From positions 9,734,001-9,798,000 of the forward strand of contig NC_091999.1 of assembly GCF_044704955.1 (NCBI RefSeq): 64,000 bases of DNA, in the 5' to 3' direction. Position numbers and translations under genes: made by a program. The notes under the pieces are model-generated. The model was not told the origin of the DNA, made no database searches, and worked only from the letters and a program-made list of their open reading frames with translations. Source of the stretch: Pristiophorus japonicus (lineage: Eukaryota). Below, piece after piece: positions 25,006 through 37,584 of this stretch; the first letter of the stretch is position 1; each line of letters opens with the position of its first letter.

Positions 25006-25312
25006 TGCGGTGTTAAAACACAGAAGTACTTCCTGGAATCCGCAGCTGTCAGCTGTGAAACCGTTAAACTGATGGATCTGTAATTTTTGGCCAAAGATGA
25101 GGTAAAGCGCTGCCTTGCAAACTTCGCAGTGTCACTGAAGCCGTCGGTGCAGCGGATGAGGATATACTCCAGCCCCTCGGATCGGCCCTCCCCATACCAG
25201 ACCAGGCAAACGCTCGCCCCTTCTGTATAGGAGCAGGTGATGGTCGCGATCCCTCCCTCCTGAACAGTCAGCTCTGCCTCTGGCTGCTGAGTGACCGATC
25301 CAGCAACGCTGT
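25006..25312 (-). pseudogene. TCR V-alpha/delta exon, open frame with extra Cys in CDR1 and CDR2; leader appears decayed
   Basis: SVTQQPEAELTVQEGGIATITCSYTEGASVCLVWY..LEYILIRCTDG..RFTSS..SLTVSQLTAADSRKYFCVL; 23-RSS cacagcg-23-acataaact (25005-24967); leader remnant 26323-26277 (ACG start, +1 nt, GAAAGT donor). Confidence 0.85.
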
Positions 25313-25398
25313 CTAAAGGACACAGAGGGAAACATTGCGATAAAGTGCAGGCACTGTGAATAATATATTCCACAGGCGGAGAGATAGTCGGCCGTGCA

Positions 25399-25872
25399 TC
25401 ATAGAAACATAGAAACATGGAAAATAGGTGCTGGAGTAGGCCATTCGGCCCTTCGAGCCTGCACCACCATTCAATAAAATCACGGCTGATCATTCAACCT
25501 CAGTACCCCTTTCCTGCTTTCTCTCCATACCCCTTGATCCCTTTAGCAGTAAGCGCCATATCTAACTTCCTCTTGAATATATCTAATGAGCTGGTATCAA
25601 CAAATCTCTGAATGAAGAAGTTTCTCCTCATCTCAGTCCTAAATGGTTTATCCCTTATCCTTAGACTGTACCCCCTGGTCCTGGACTTCCCCAACATCGG
25701 GAACATTCTTCCTGCATCTAACCTGTCCGGTCCCGTCAGTATTTTATATGTTTCTATGAGATCACCTCTCATCCTTCTAAACTCCAGTGAATAAAGGCCC
25801 AGTCGATCCAGTCTCTCCTCATACGTCAGTCCTGCCATCCCGGGAATCAGTCTGGTGAACCTTCGCTGCACT
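25399..25872 (-). mobile_element. Young CR1 3' fragment in the V intron
   Basis: (TTTCTATG)n tail; QRRFTRLIPGM. Confidence 0.9.
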
Positions 25873-26938
25873 CATGTAAAGCGTGATACCAATTGGTGAA
25901 TTGATGATCGGGATATGGGCGTCACTGGCAAGGCTGGCATGTAATGCCCATCTCGAATTGCCTTTGAAAAGGCGGTGGTGGGTCTTCTACTTGGACCGCT
26001 GCCCTCCCGCATGGTCAAGCTATTCCCACAGCGGCGTTTGGGTGGAAGCGTCAACATATTAACCCAGCGACGGTACTTGGAGGTGGTGGTGTCCTCATGC
26101 GCCTGCTGCCCTTGTCCTCCTAACTGGTAAAGGTCGCGGGTTTGCGAGGTGCTGCCGAAGACGCCTTGGAGATGTGCTGCAGTGCATCGTGTAGATGGTG
26201 CACAGTGCAGCCACAGTGCACAGTGCAGCCACGATGCGCCGCTGGTGGAGGGAGTGAATGTTGGAGCATAACTTTCCCCTGAGAGACATTAGCCAAATGC
26301 TAATACATGAGCAGTTTGTTCGTAGAATAAAGAGTGCGCAGCTGTTTCTGTGGGCAGACACCAAGTCGATGATCAGAAGATAATTGGCATTGAACCAGAG
26401 GGGAGATGAACTGATGATTTTCTTACACAGCGAGTTGTTCAGGTTTGGAATACACTGCCTGGAGAGGCGGAGGAGGAAGAATCAGTTGTAAATTTCAAAG
26501 GGAAACTGGATAATTACTGGAATATTTTGCAGGGCTATGGGGAAAGAACACAGGAGTGGGACTAATTGAATAGCTTCTGCAAAGTCAATAATAGAGCAGA
26601 AAATACACGGGAAGGCGATGAAAGTGGACTATGAGTATTCGAAAGATCGATGAATCTACATCAGAGTCATTGAGCTATCAGAATATTGGTCGCTCCAGGT
26701 AGGCGACAGAATGACTCTAGTTGCTATGGGTATTGATACGGTTAATTCATCGCTGCACCATGTCCCGACAGACAGTAACTAAAGCAATCCGCCCTCTGTT
26801 CGCCATCAGTGTGATTTTCAGGAAGCTCATGTTGTGTGTGGTGCTGACGCTGATTGAGTTGAGATCGGTAAGCGGACGGTGTTGATCTTGCCTGCCCGGT
26901 TTTAGGACTGGCTCCCCTCACTGGGTTGCAACACAGTG

Positions 26939-27735
26939 CGATCACCCACACACAAGTAAGTGGCGGCGTCTGTTGGTGTGACGTCTCCAATGGTCAGAGT
27001 GCTGTCCTTCTGGGCTCGACTGAGAGTAGCGCCGAAATTTTCCGGGTTTTACATTGCCTCCCAGCGCCGTGGCCACCAGTTGCGGAGCCCGGCCGGGATA
27101 GCGCCGGAAACACTGCGCGAAGCTGAGCAGGACGCTGGTGCTGCAGTTCATTGTGATCGAGGACCCTTTCACAGCGACTAGTGGCGGTGGAAACTGGGAA
27201 ATCTCGTCTTTGGCCAGGACATCTGCGACATGTAGCAAACCCATGGGCCAAAGGATGGGAATAAACAACAGGTTATGCCTTTAACTTCATAGAATCATGT
27301 TGCATTTACAGTGCGGCCATTCGGCCCAACAGGTCTAAACTGGTGTTTATGCTCCCACCTTAAATACTCTCATCCTATCAACACAGCCGTCTATTCCTTT
27401 CTCCTTCGTGCTCGTATCTACCTTCCCCTTACAGACATCTATCAAGTTCACCCCAGCCACTCCATGTGGTAGGATGTTCCACATTCTAAACATTCTCTTA
27501 CTAATCCTGAATTCCTTAATGGATTTATTTGTGATTATCTTATATTTATGACCCCTAGTTCTGGTTTCCCGCTACTAAAGCTACAGAAGGTTTTTTTGTA
27601 AAAGTCCAAAAATTAAATATGGTGGTATAAAGGGATTATTTGAATGTTAATCTGTGAGAATCTGAAACATAACAAACCTGAGAATAAAATTGTTAGATTG
27701 TAGAGGATTAATCTTATTCGGATCTCGATCCTCAT
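26939..27735 (-). pseudogene. TRAV: TCR V-alpha-like pseudogene
   Basis: Leader 27735-27678 (MRIEIRIRLILYNLTILFS), TATAAA near 27790; V exon 27222-26939 DEISQFP..ITMNCSTS..AQCFRR(Trp->Cys)..GKF/GATLSRAQKDSTLTIGDVTPTDAATYLCVG; +1 frameshift; cactgtg with the best nonamer at a 25-bp spacing. Confidence 0.85.
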
Positions 27736-27919
27736 GTTCTTCTTAAAGGGGCCCCGCCCATGAAATAAGCGGCGTCCTCTCCGCTTTATAGTGAGGAACC
27801 TAACCAAAGAGGAAATGCAGTCGTTATACTTCCGCCCAATTGCAAAACTTAAAGGCAAAGCATCGTGGCTTGCTATAGACAACGTTCGTTAAACTTAGTG
27901 CTCTCAGATCTCAAAAGTG

Positions 27920-28330
27920 TCAGTGGGTAGCACTTGCATCTCTGAGTCAGACGTTGGTGGGTTCAAGTCCAGCTCCAGAGACTTCAGCACAAAAATCTAG
28001 ACTGGCATTCAATGGATGCTGCGCCGTCGGAGGTGCGTTCTTCAGATGGGGCATTGTACCAAGGCCCCCTCTGTCCCCTCAAGGTAGACCTAAAAAATCC
28101 CACAGCCATTATTTAGAGGAAGATAAGGGGAATTACCTCAGTGTCCTGGGGCCAATATCTATCCCTCAAACAACATCACTAAAACAGAATATCTGGCCAT
28201 GATCACATTCCTGTTTGTGGGATCTTCTGCCGCATTTCCTACATTACAACAGTGACTACACTTCACAAATGTAAAACGATTTGGCCACCCTCAAGTCGTG
28301 AATGTTGCTCTATCAATGCAAACTTTTCTT
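27920..28330 (+). mobile_element. Deu-domain SINE
   Basis: Family match. Confidence 0.75.
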
Positions 28331-28436
28331 TAATTGTTGGATTCATGGTCTCAATGTTCAAACTTCCCAACGAGAGATTAATCTCAGTAGATCAGGGTTG
28401 CTACTATCATCCCATAATACCTATACATGTGGCTAT

Positions 28437-29170
28437 CACATAAGAACCTAAGCAGTAGGAACAGGACGAGGCAATTTGTCCCCTCGCGTCTGCTCCACCA
28501 TTTAATATGACCATGGCTGATGTGATCTTGACCTCGACTCCACTTCCCTGCCTGCTCCCCATAAACCTTTACTCCCTTATCATTCAAAAATCTGTCTATC
28601 ACGAACTTAAATATATTCAATGACCCAGCTTCCACAGCTCTCTGGGAAAGAGAACTCCAACAATTCACGACCTTCTGAGAGAAGAAATTCCTGCTCATTC
28701 CCTTTTAAATGTGCGGCCTCTTATTCTGAAATTATGCCCTCTAATTCTAGATTCACCCACGAGAGGAAACATCCTCTCTGTATCTACACTGTCAAGCCCC
28801 TTCAGAATCTTCTATGTTGCAATTAGATCTCCTCTCAATCTTCTAAACTCCAATGAGTATAGGTCCAACCTGCTCAGCCTTTCTTCATAAGACTGCTCCT
28901 TCATCTCAGGAATCAATCTCGTGAGCCTTCTCTGAAATGCCTCCAATGCAAGTATATCCCTCCTTAAATAAGGAGACCAAAACGGCATACTGCTCAAGAT
29001 ATGGTCCCACCAACGCCCTGTACAGTTGTAGCAGGACTTCGCTACTTTTATACACCTTCCACCTTGCAATAAAGATCAACATTCCATTTGCCTTCCTTAT
29101 TACTTGCTGTACCTGCAAGCTAACTTTTTTGGTTTCACGTACAAGGACCCCCAGATCCCGCTGTTCGTCA
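28437..29170 (-). mobile_element. CR1 3' fragment
   Basis: RT C-terminal ORFs. Confidence 0.85.
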
Positions 29171-29235
29171 GCATTTTGAAATCTCCCTGAGCATTTTGTA
29201 AACCCACTGAAATACTTTAATAGAATCTCAAACTC

Positions 29236-29306
29236 TGCATTGGCTAGGAATCGAAGCCGGGTCTCCAGCGTGGCAGGTGAGAGTTCTATCCCTGAACCCC
29301 CAATGC
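29236..29306 (-). pseudogene. tRNA-Gly(GCC) pseudogene
   Basis: GCATTGG..CTGCCAC..TTCGATT..CCAATGCA; about 10 substitutions versus vertebrate tRNA-Gly-GCC, T-stem broken. Confidence 0.8.
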
Positions 29307-30334
29307 CCTCCTGAGGCACTGGATGCAGCAGGCAGCTGTAGACTGCAGCCTTGGACTGCTCAGGGAACATGTACCTCCCAGCTGGACTGAAAGACTTTTA
29401 AAGGAGCGAGTTGATTTGCAGAGCATAGTGTCCCGGAGATCATTGATGGGCCGCAATGTTCTTGCTTTTCCGGCTGTGTGTGGTGGGAATACAGAACAAG
29501 TTTAAAGAAGAAGCCAGGCATGTGCCTGCCGCCTCTGAGCCTTGTGAGAAAAGCCCACCGCCCCCCACTCCCACCCCCCACTATGGTCTGATGTAAAGGA
29601 CTGACCAACATGCAATGGAATAATGTACATGCACAGTTTCATTGAGAGGCATCACCTGCCCGTCAAAGTAAAGATATGTTGCTGTCGCAAACTCAAACAC
29701 GGTGCTGGAGCCCGATCCTGTGACAACAGGAGGTAACTGGCAGCCAGTCTGTGATACACTGATTCTCAATTTGTTGGCAAAAACTGCTGCATGGTCATGT
29801 TAGCTTTTCATTACTGTTGGTATTATTTTTGTTATTATTATTGTTATTACCACTGTTATCACTATAACTTCTCTATTTTACTATTTTGCTTGATGTCCAG
29901 TTGCTATTTTATGTTCATTCTGAGATGTCCTTGTTGTAAGTTATTGTTTATGCCCACGTGGTTAATGGCATTTACCACAGTGATTTGATAGTTAGATCTA
30001 AAGGATAATGTCAATTTATCCAGGTGGATTTTAAACATGGGAAACTAACCTGTCAAAATATTACTGGCAGTTCTGGAGGACACGATTTGGGGAAAGGCTG
30101 ATTGACAAAGAGAGACAACAGAATTGCAAGGTGTCACTGAGCACAGTGATAGAGTGAGACTCCAGTTGATGGAGAGAGATAAATGTGTGAGCTAACACAA
30201 TGACACAGAGAGATACCAACAGATGGAGATGGATCAAGGTGAGACTGAGTACATGATATAGAGAGACACCAACAGAGAGACATAGATAAAGGTGTGACTG
30301 CACACAGTCTTAGAGAGAGACACCAATAGAGGGA

Positions 30335-31777
30335 GTTTAAAAAAGGAGGGAGAGAGAAAACAGGGAATTATAGACCGGTCAGCCTGACCTCAGTAGTGGG
30401 TAAAATGATGGAATCAATTATTAAGGATGTCGTAGCAGTGCATCTGGAAAATGATGACATGATAGGTCCAAGTCAGCATGGATTTGTGAAAGGGAAATCA
30501 TGCTTGACAAATCTACTGGAATTTTTTGAGGATGTTTCCAGTAAAGTGGACAAAGGAGAACCAGTTGATGTGGTATATTTGGACTTTTAGAAGGCTTTCG
30601 ACAAGGTCCCACACAAGAGATTAATGTGCAAAGTTAAAGCACATGGGATTGGGGGTAGTGTGCTGACTTGGATTGAGAACTGGTTGTCAGACAGGAAGCA
30701 AAGAGTAGGAGTAAACGGGTACTTTTCAGAATGGCAGGCAGTGACTAGTGGGGTGCCGCAAGGTTCTGTGCTGGGGCCCCAGCTGTTTACATTGTACATT
30801 AATGATTTAGACGAGGGGATTAAATGCAGTATCTCCAAATTTGCGGATGACACTAAGTTGGGTGACAGTGTGAGCTGCGAGGAGGATGCTATGAGGCTGC
30901 AGAGTGACTTGGATAGGTTAGGTGAGTGGGCAAATGCATGGCAGATGAAGTATAATGTGGATAAATGTGAGGTTATCCACTTTGGTGGTAAAAACAGAGA
31001 GACAGACTATTATCTGAATGGTGACAGATTAGGAAAAGTGAAGATGCAACGAGACCTGGGTGTCATGGTACATCAGTCATTGAAGGTTAGCATGCAGGTA
31101 CAGCAGGCGGTTAAGAAAGCAAATGGCATGTTGGCCTTCATAGCGAAGGGATTTGAATACAGGGGCAGGGAGGTGTTGCTACAGTTGTACAGGACCTTGG
31201 TGAGGCCACACCTGGAGTATTGTGTACAGTTTTGGTCTCCTAACTTGAGGAAGGACATTCTTGCTATTGAGGGAGTGCAGCGAAGATTCACCAGACTGAT
31301 TCCCGGGATGGCGGGACTGACCTATCAAGAAAGACTGGATCAACTGGGCTTGTATTCACTGGAGTTCAGAAGAATGAGAGGGGACCTCATGGAAACGTTT
31401 AAAATTCTGACGGGTTTAGACAGGTTAGATGGAGGAAGAATGTTCCCAATGTTGGGGAAGTCCAGAACCAGGGGTCACAGTCTGAAGATAAGGGGTAAGC
31501 CATTTAGGACCGAGATGAGGAGAAACTTCTTCACCCAGAGAGTTGTGAACCTGTGGAATTCTCTACCACAGAAAGTAGTTGAGGCCAATTCATTAAATAT
31601 ATTCAAAAGGGAGTTAGATGAAGTCCTTACTACTCGGGGGATCAAGGGTTATGGCGAGAAAGCAGGAAGGGGGTACTGAAGTTTCATGTTCAGCCATGAA
31701 CTCATTGAATGGCGGTGCAGGCTAGAAGGGCTGAATGGCCTGCTCCTGCACCTATTTTCTATGTTTCTATGTTTCTA
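30335..31777 (+). mobile_element. Young 5'-truncated CR1 (RT, 351-aa ORF)
   Basis: [16 protein letters not shown]; (TTTCTATG)n tail. Confidence 0.95.
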
Positions 31778-32269
31778 TGAGAGAGATAAAGGTGTAACTG
31801 AGTGCAATGATAGAGCACACACAATGGAGAGAGAGAGAAGTTGTGAATGTGCACAGTGGCACAGAGGGACACCAACAGAGGAACATAGATAAAGGTGGAA
31901 CTGAGTACAGTGATAGAGAGCGACACCAACAGTGGCTGATAAATAAAGGTGTGACGTAGCACACTGATACAGATAGACACCAGCAGAAGGCGGTAGATAG
32001 TCAGACTGATTATAGTTAGCGATACAGAGATACACCAGCTAGGGCGATAGATAGCCAGACTGATTATAGTTAGCGATACAGAAAGACACCAGCTAGGGCG
32101 ATAGATAGCCAGACTGATTATTGTTAGTGACAGTTCACATCCTTCTGAACTGCTTGTTTCTGCTGATGTTAATAACCCTTCAACTAGGCTGGAGTTTAAC
32201 ATTTTGATATTTCAAATAACAGTGTTGATACTTGATGTCTCCAAGATAAGAGGAGACTAATTGATGTCC

Positions 32270-32690
32270 TGTTTCCGACTGCTCCATTTTTTATCGGTGC
32301 AGAGGAGCGGTGAGAGATCGGGGCCCAGGAGAGGTGAGGGTTCGGGGCCCAGAAGAGGCGAGGGACCAAGGGCAGCACGGGCCAGCCCACACTGTGATCT
32401 ATGGATAGTAGGAGCATGTATGCACACTAGGTCCGTGCAGCAGAGCTTCGTCTCCCGTCATCTTGGTTAACCGTTGCCACTGGATCAAGACCCAGTTCAA
32501 TCAAGCCCACATGGTGGCTGGTGTGCAACTGACACCCCACGTTAAAAGAATCCATGCACAGGCATCTTCCACCCTTCAGTATGTAGTTTGGTTCCTCGAA
32601 TGTCAGGTTCCTCATTGAAACACCTGTGAACTCATCCATTTTTGGTGTGGAAGCAGGTCATCCTCGATACGAGGGACTGCCTAATACTAT
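32270..32690 (+). mobile_element. RTE-related non-autonomous element
   Basis: Ends with the RTE 3' terminus TCCTCGATACGAGGGACTGCCTA. Confidence 0.6.
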
Positions 32691-33060
32691 ACCAGTTAGT
32701 GATACAGAGAGACACTAGCAGAGAGAGGTCCTCAATGCTGTGACTGAGCACAGTGATGGAGAGAGACCCCAACAGAAGGACATACAGTAAAATGTGCGAG
32801 ACATTGAGTGCGGTGGCTTCTATGACAGCTCAGAGACAGTGAAAGCTGATATCAGTGAGAAACACTGAGTGCGTGCAGCCTCGTGTGGGTAAAATTCGAG
32901 ACACAGTTTTTTCCATTAATTCGACAGGAAGCAACCTTCCGTGTTGGACAGGTAGTGAGAGTTTGTGTCCTTATTAACTCTCCTGAATATAACATCGGTT
33001 TCCTTGTGCTAACCCATTCTTAGTACAATTCCTTCACGCTCCTTTTGATCAGATCTGATA

Positions 33061-33182
33061 ATGCTCCAGATTTATGGAGTTTCCCTGTTGATTTACATTC
33101 TGATCTGCACAGATGTGAACGGTGAAGATGATGTTAAGCATCTCCCTTGGCGGATGGTTGTTAATGACGAGGGAATTGTATC
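33061..33182 (+). pseudogene. Inverted 5' fragment of a TCR V gene truncated by a Gypsy LTR
   Basis: MLQIYGVSLLIYILICT-DVNG-EDDVKHLPWRMVVNDEGIVS resembles leader plus FR1; ends at the LTR start 33183. Confidence 0.55.
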
Positions 33183-33560
33183 TGTTATGTCTTGGATAAA
33201 GAGTCAGACTAGATACTGCAAGCTCTAAGTAAGTGTGACCATAGTCCTTTATTGCAGGTCTCAGAGTGCCTTTCCAGCCTGTGAGGCCTCCTTACATACA
33301 GGTGCTCCCAAGGGATTGTGCGACCCCTTGGGACTCCAGGGGATAAGCCCTCTGGTGGTTAGACATGGTAATTACAGGTTTACATATATAACAACATCCC
33401 CCTCCAAGTCAATAATGTATCTATTTACAATGTGAGTCGATCTGGGGCCTTCCTTTCCCTGGTTGATCGTCTCGGTGCAAATGCTGGTGTTGGCGAGTCA
33501 TTTGTTGGGCCTTCACTGGGCTGTTGCACAGCTGGCCTTTGCTGGATTGCTGGGGGTGAT
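33183..33560 (-). mobile_element. Gypsy-type LTR retrotransposon 3' remnant
   Basis: LTR 33183-33393 with TGTTAT..ATAACA termini, PPT GGAGGGGGA at 33397-33405, integrase tail RRSTRERKAPDRLTL. Confidence 0.75.
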
Positions 33561-36500
33561 GAGCCTTTTTGTGTCCTCCTCATAATTTGCTTTCCCACAC
33601 ATCTTTGTATCATCAGCAAACTTGGCTACATTAAACTCGGTCCCTTCATTCAAGTCATTAATACAGATTGTAAATAGTTGAGGACCCAGCACCAATCCCT
33701 ACGGCACCCGACTAGTCACTGTTTGCCAACCGGAAAATGACCCATTTATCCGGACTCTTTGTTTTCTGTCAGTTAGCCAATCCTCTATCCATGCTAATAT
33801 AGTACTCCCAACCCCCCACAAGCTTTTATCCTGTGGATTAATCTCTTGTGTGGCACCTTATCGAATGCCTTCAAATAGAAATTCAAATAGTCCACATAGA
33901 AACATAGAAACATAAAAATTAGTATCAGGAGCAAGGCATTCGGCTCTTGGAGCCTGCACCACCATTCAATAAGATCATGGGTGATCATTCAACCTCAATA
34001 CCCCTTTCCTGCTTTCTCTCCATACCCCTTGACCCCTTTAGCCGTAAGGACCATATCTAACTCCATTTTTAATATATCTAACAAACTGGCCTCACAAACT
34101 TTCTGTGTTAGAGAATTCCACAGGTTAACCACTCTCTGAGTGAAGAAGTTTCTCCTCATCTCGGTCCCAAATGGCTTATCCCTTATTCTTACACTGTGAC
34201 CCATGGTTCTGGAACCCCCCCCCCCCCCCCCAGCAACGGGAACATTCTTCCTGCCTCTTACCTGTCCAATCCCGTCAGAATCTTATATGTTTCTATGAGA
34301 TCCCCTCTCATTCTTCTAAACTCCAGTGGATACAAGCCCAGTCGATCCAGTCTCTCCTCATATGTCAGTCTTGCCATCCCGCGGATCAATCTGCTGAACC
34401 TTCGCTGTACTGCCTCAATAGCAAGAATGTCCTTCCTCAGATTAGGAGACCAAAACTGAACACAATATTCCAGGTGTAGCCTCACCAAGGCTCTGCACAA
34501 CTGCAATAAGACCTCCCTGCTCCTATACTCATCTCCCCTAGCTATGCAGGCCAACGTGCCATTTGCCATCTTCACCGCCTGCTGTACCTGCATGCCAAAC
34601 TTCAATGACTGATGTACCATGACACCCAGGTCTCGTTGCACCTCCCCTTTTCCTAATCTGTCACAATTCAGATAATATTCTGTCTTCCTGTTTTTGCCAC
34701 CAAAGTGGATAACCCCACATTTATCCACATTATACTGCATCTGCCATGCACTTGCCAACTTACCTAAGCTTTCCAAGTCATCCTGCAGCCTCTGAGCATC
34801 CTCCTCACTGCTCACACCGCCACCTAGCTTAGTGACATCTGCAAACTTGGAGATATTACATTCAATTCCTTCATCTAAATCATTGATGTATATTGTAAAT
34901 AGCTGGGGTCCCAGCACTGAGCCCTGTGGCACCCTAGTAGTCACTACCTGTCATTCTGAAAAGGACCCGTTTATTCTGACTCTCTGCTTCCTGTCTGACA
35001 ACCAGTTCTCTATCCACGTCAATACATTACCCGCAAGACCATGTGCTTTACTTTTCCACATTAATCTCGTGTGTGGGACCTTGTCAAAAGCCTTTTGGAA
35101 GTCCAAATACACCACATCCACTGGTTCTCCCTTGTCCACTCTACTAGTTACATCCCCAAAACATTCTGGAAGATTTGTCACCATGATTTCCCTTTCATAA
35201 ATCCATGCTGACTTGGACCGATCCTCTCACTGCTTTCCAAATGTGCTGCTATTTCATCTTTAATAATTGGTTCCAACATTTTCCCCAACGCCGATATCAG
35301 GCTAACCGGTCTATAATTCGCTGTTTTCTCTCTCCCCCCTTTTTAAAAAAGCGGTGTTACATTTGCTACTCTCCAATCCACAGGAACTGATCCAGAGTCA
35401 ATAGAATGTTGGAAATTATCACCAATGCATCCACTATTTATCGGGCCACAGCTTTATGTACTCTGGGATGCAGCCTATCAAGCTCTGGGAATTTATCCGC
35501 CTTCAATCCCATCAATTTCCCTAACACAATTTCGTGCATCTCTGCAGCCACTTCTCTTAAGACCCTAGGATGTAAGCCATCAGGTCCAGGGGACTTGTCC
35601 GCCTTTAGTCCCATTAGTTTACCTTTCATCATTGATTGCAGTAACTGCATGTTAACTTTCAGTCATTCCTGTACAATGACACCCAGATCCCTGTGAATAA
35701 CAACATTTTCCAATCTCTCATTATGTAAAAATGTTCTGTTTTTCTTATCTGTCATACAAAAGTGGATAACCACATTTCTGCACATTATATTCCATTTTCC
35801 ATAATCTTCGCCACTTATTTAAGCTGTCTATATCCCATTGCAGCCTCGTTGCATGGTCCTCACAACTTACTTTCCTACCTAGTTTTGCATCATCAACAAA
35901 CTTGGATAGATTACATTTGGTCCCTCATCTAAACAGCTGATATAGATTATAAATAGCTGAGGCCTAAGCACAGATCCTTCCGGTCGACCACTGCCAACCC
36001 GAAAATGACTACTCTCTGTCTTCTCTCCGTTACCCAACACTCTCGCCACACGAATATATTGCCCCCAATCCGATGAGTGCTAATTTTGTGTAATAACCTA
36101 TAGTGTGGCAATTAATGAATGCTTTCTGAAAATCTGCATACACTGCAGCCACAGGTTTTCCCCTTAGCTACTCTACAAGATAGAACCTGAAACAACTCTT
36201 ATATTTGGCAAATGAAATCTCCCTTTCATAGATCCGTGTTGACTATAACCAATAATATTATTATTTTTTTAAGTGCCCTGTTACCACATCCCAAATAATA
36301 GATTCTAGCATTTTCCTGGCTACTGATGTCCGGCTAACTAACCTATAGTTCCCAGTTTTCTGTCTCTCTCCTTTCTTGAATAACGGGGCTACATTAGCTA
36401 CCATCCAAACCATGGGGACCGTTCTTGAATCTAGGATATTCTGGAAGATCAAAACCAATGCATCCCCTCTCTCTGTAGCCACCTATTTTAACACTCTAGG

Positions 36501-36620
36501 ATATCGACTGTCAGATACTGAGGATTTTAGTCCCATTAATGTCTCCAGTATTATTTATTTACTAATAATTATTTTATACGTTCCTAGTTCTCACTAGATC
36601 CTTGGTACCACTTATTTCCA
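33560..36620 (-). mobile_element. Nested CR1 fragments
   Basis: Several RT ORFs, e.g. 34258-34944; tail at 33896-33915. Confidence 0.9.
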
Positions 36621-36624
36621 GAAT

Positions 36625-37190
36625 GTTTCTTTATATTACACTGGATCCTGTCTCATTTATTACTGTGCTAGGCCCGATCTCAATTATTAGTATACGAGTC
36701 TATGTCCCTGTATACATTGTGCTAGACCACGATTCCGTTGAAATTACACTATCCTCTTGACTCCGTTTTTAACTTACTAGTCCATGTCACGGTTTATAGT
36801 ACATTAGGTCCTGTCTCAGTTATTGTACACTAGCCAATGTTTCTCTTTATATTATACTAGATGTTGTCTCTGTTTAATATTACGAAACACCTTGTCTCGA
36901 TTATTACTGCACTAGACCATGTTCTTGCATATATTACAGTAGGCCCTGTCTCAGTTATTCCTGCACTTGACAATCTCTTTTTGGTTATTACACTAGACCC
37001 TGTCTATGTATATATTGCACGAATACGTATTTCTATTTATATTACAGCAGGCTCTGTCTCTGTTTCTTGGACACTAGCCCATGTCTTCGTTTATTTTACA
37101 CCTGGACAGTATCCATTTAATAATGCACTGGTCTATGTCTGATTATATATTGAACTAGACCCTGTTGTTTCTATTGCTGCACTAGATCTT
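36625..37190 (+). repeat. Degenerate about 25-bp minisatellite (TATTAC(TGC)ACTAGACCCTGTCTC)
   Basis: Recurrent ACTAGACC/ACTAGG units; short related tract at 56020-56130. Confidence 0.75.
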
Positions 37191-37584
37191 GAATCTTTCA
37201 AAATCACATTATGGCCTGCTGCTGTTTTAATGTACTATAACGTATCTCTGTTAAATAAATGCATACGTAGTTAATAGGTCGAAAGGAAGATAATAACATA
37301 AACAAGCATATATAATTAGCGTAGGTGGGGAATGCAATAATATTTGGTTGGAAGCATACATTTAGATTTGTTTTAAAGCTATCAGCAACTGTGTGCAATT
37401 TCTAATTGATCTGGTATTCTGTCAGTAGTCTTTGTGTTGAAAGCATGGCGTGAATCCTGTAGCAACCTCCGAGAGATTAATAAGGAATGATGGACAAGTC
37501 GAAAGGTGAGCAACAGTGCTCTGCACTTTGCACTGTTTAGTGGCAAGCTCTGTGTCCAAACATTTACTAATTCACGCTGGTGTT

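Larger units (their letters stand above)
30100..32800 (+). repeat. Degenerate about 54-bp GA-rich satellite (GAGAGACACCAACAGA..ATAAAGGTGTGACTGAG), interrupted by CR1 and an RTE-related element
   Basis: Units at 30100-30330, 31780-32130 and 32690-32800; related tract at 23005-23150. Confidence 0.7.

Noticed and set aside
12469-27735. NAR-TCR cassette (NAR V-D-J plus supporting V)
   Set aside because: No NAR-type V lacking CDR2, and no D or J found among these V segments
30624-31679. 351-aa ORF as a host gene
   Set aside because: CR1 reverse transcriptase, 5'-truncated with an upstream stop
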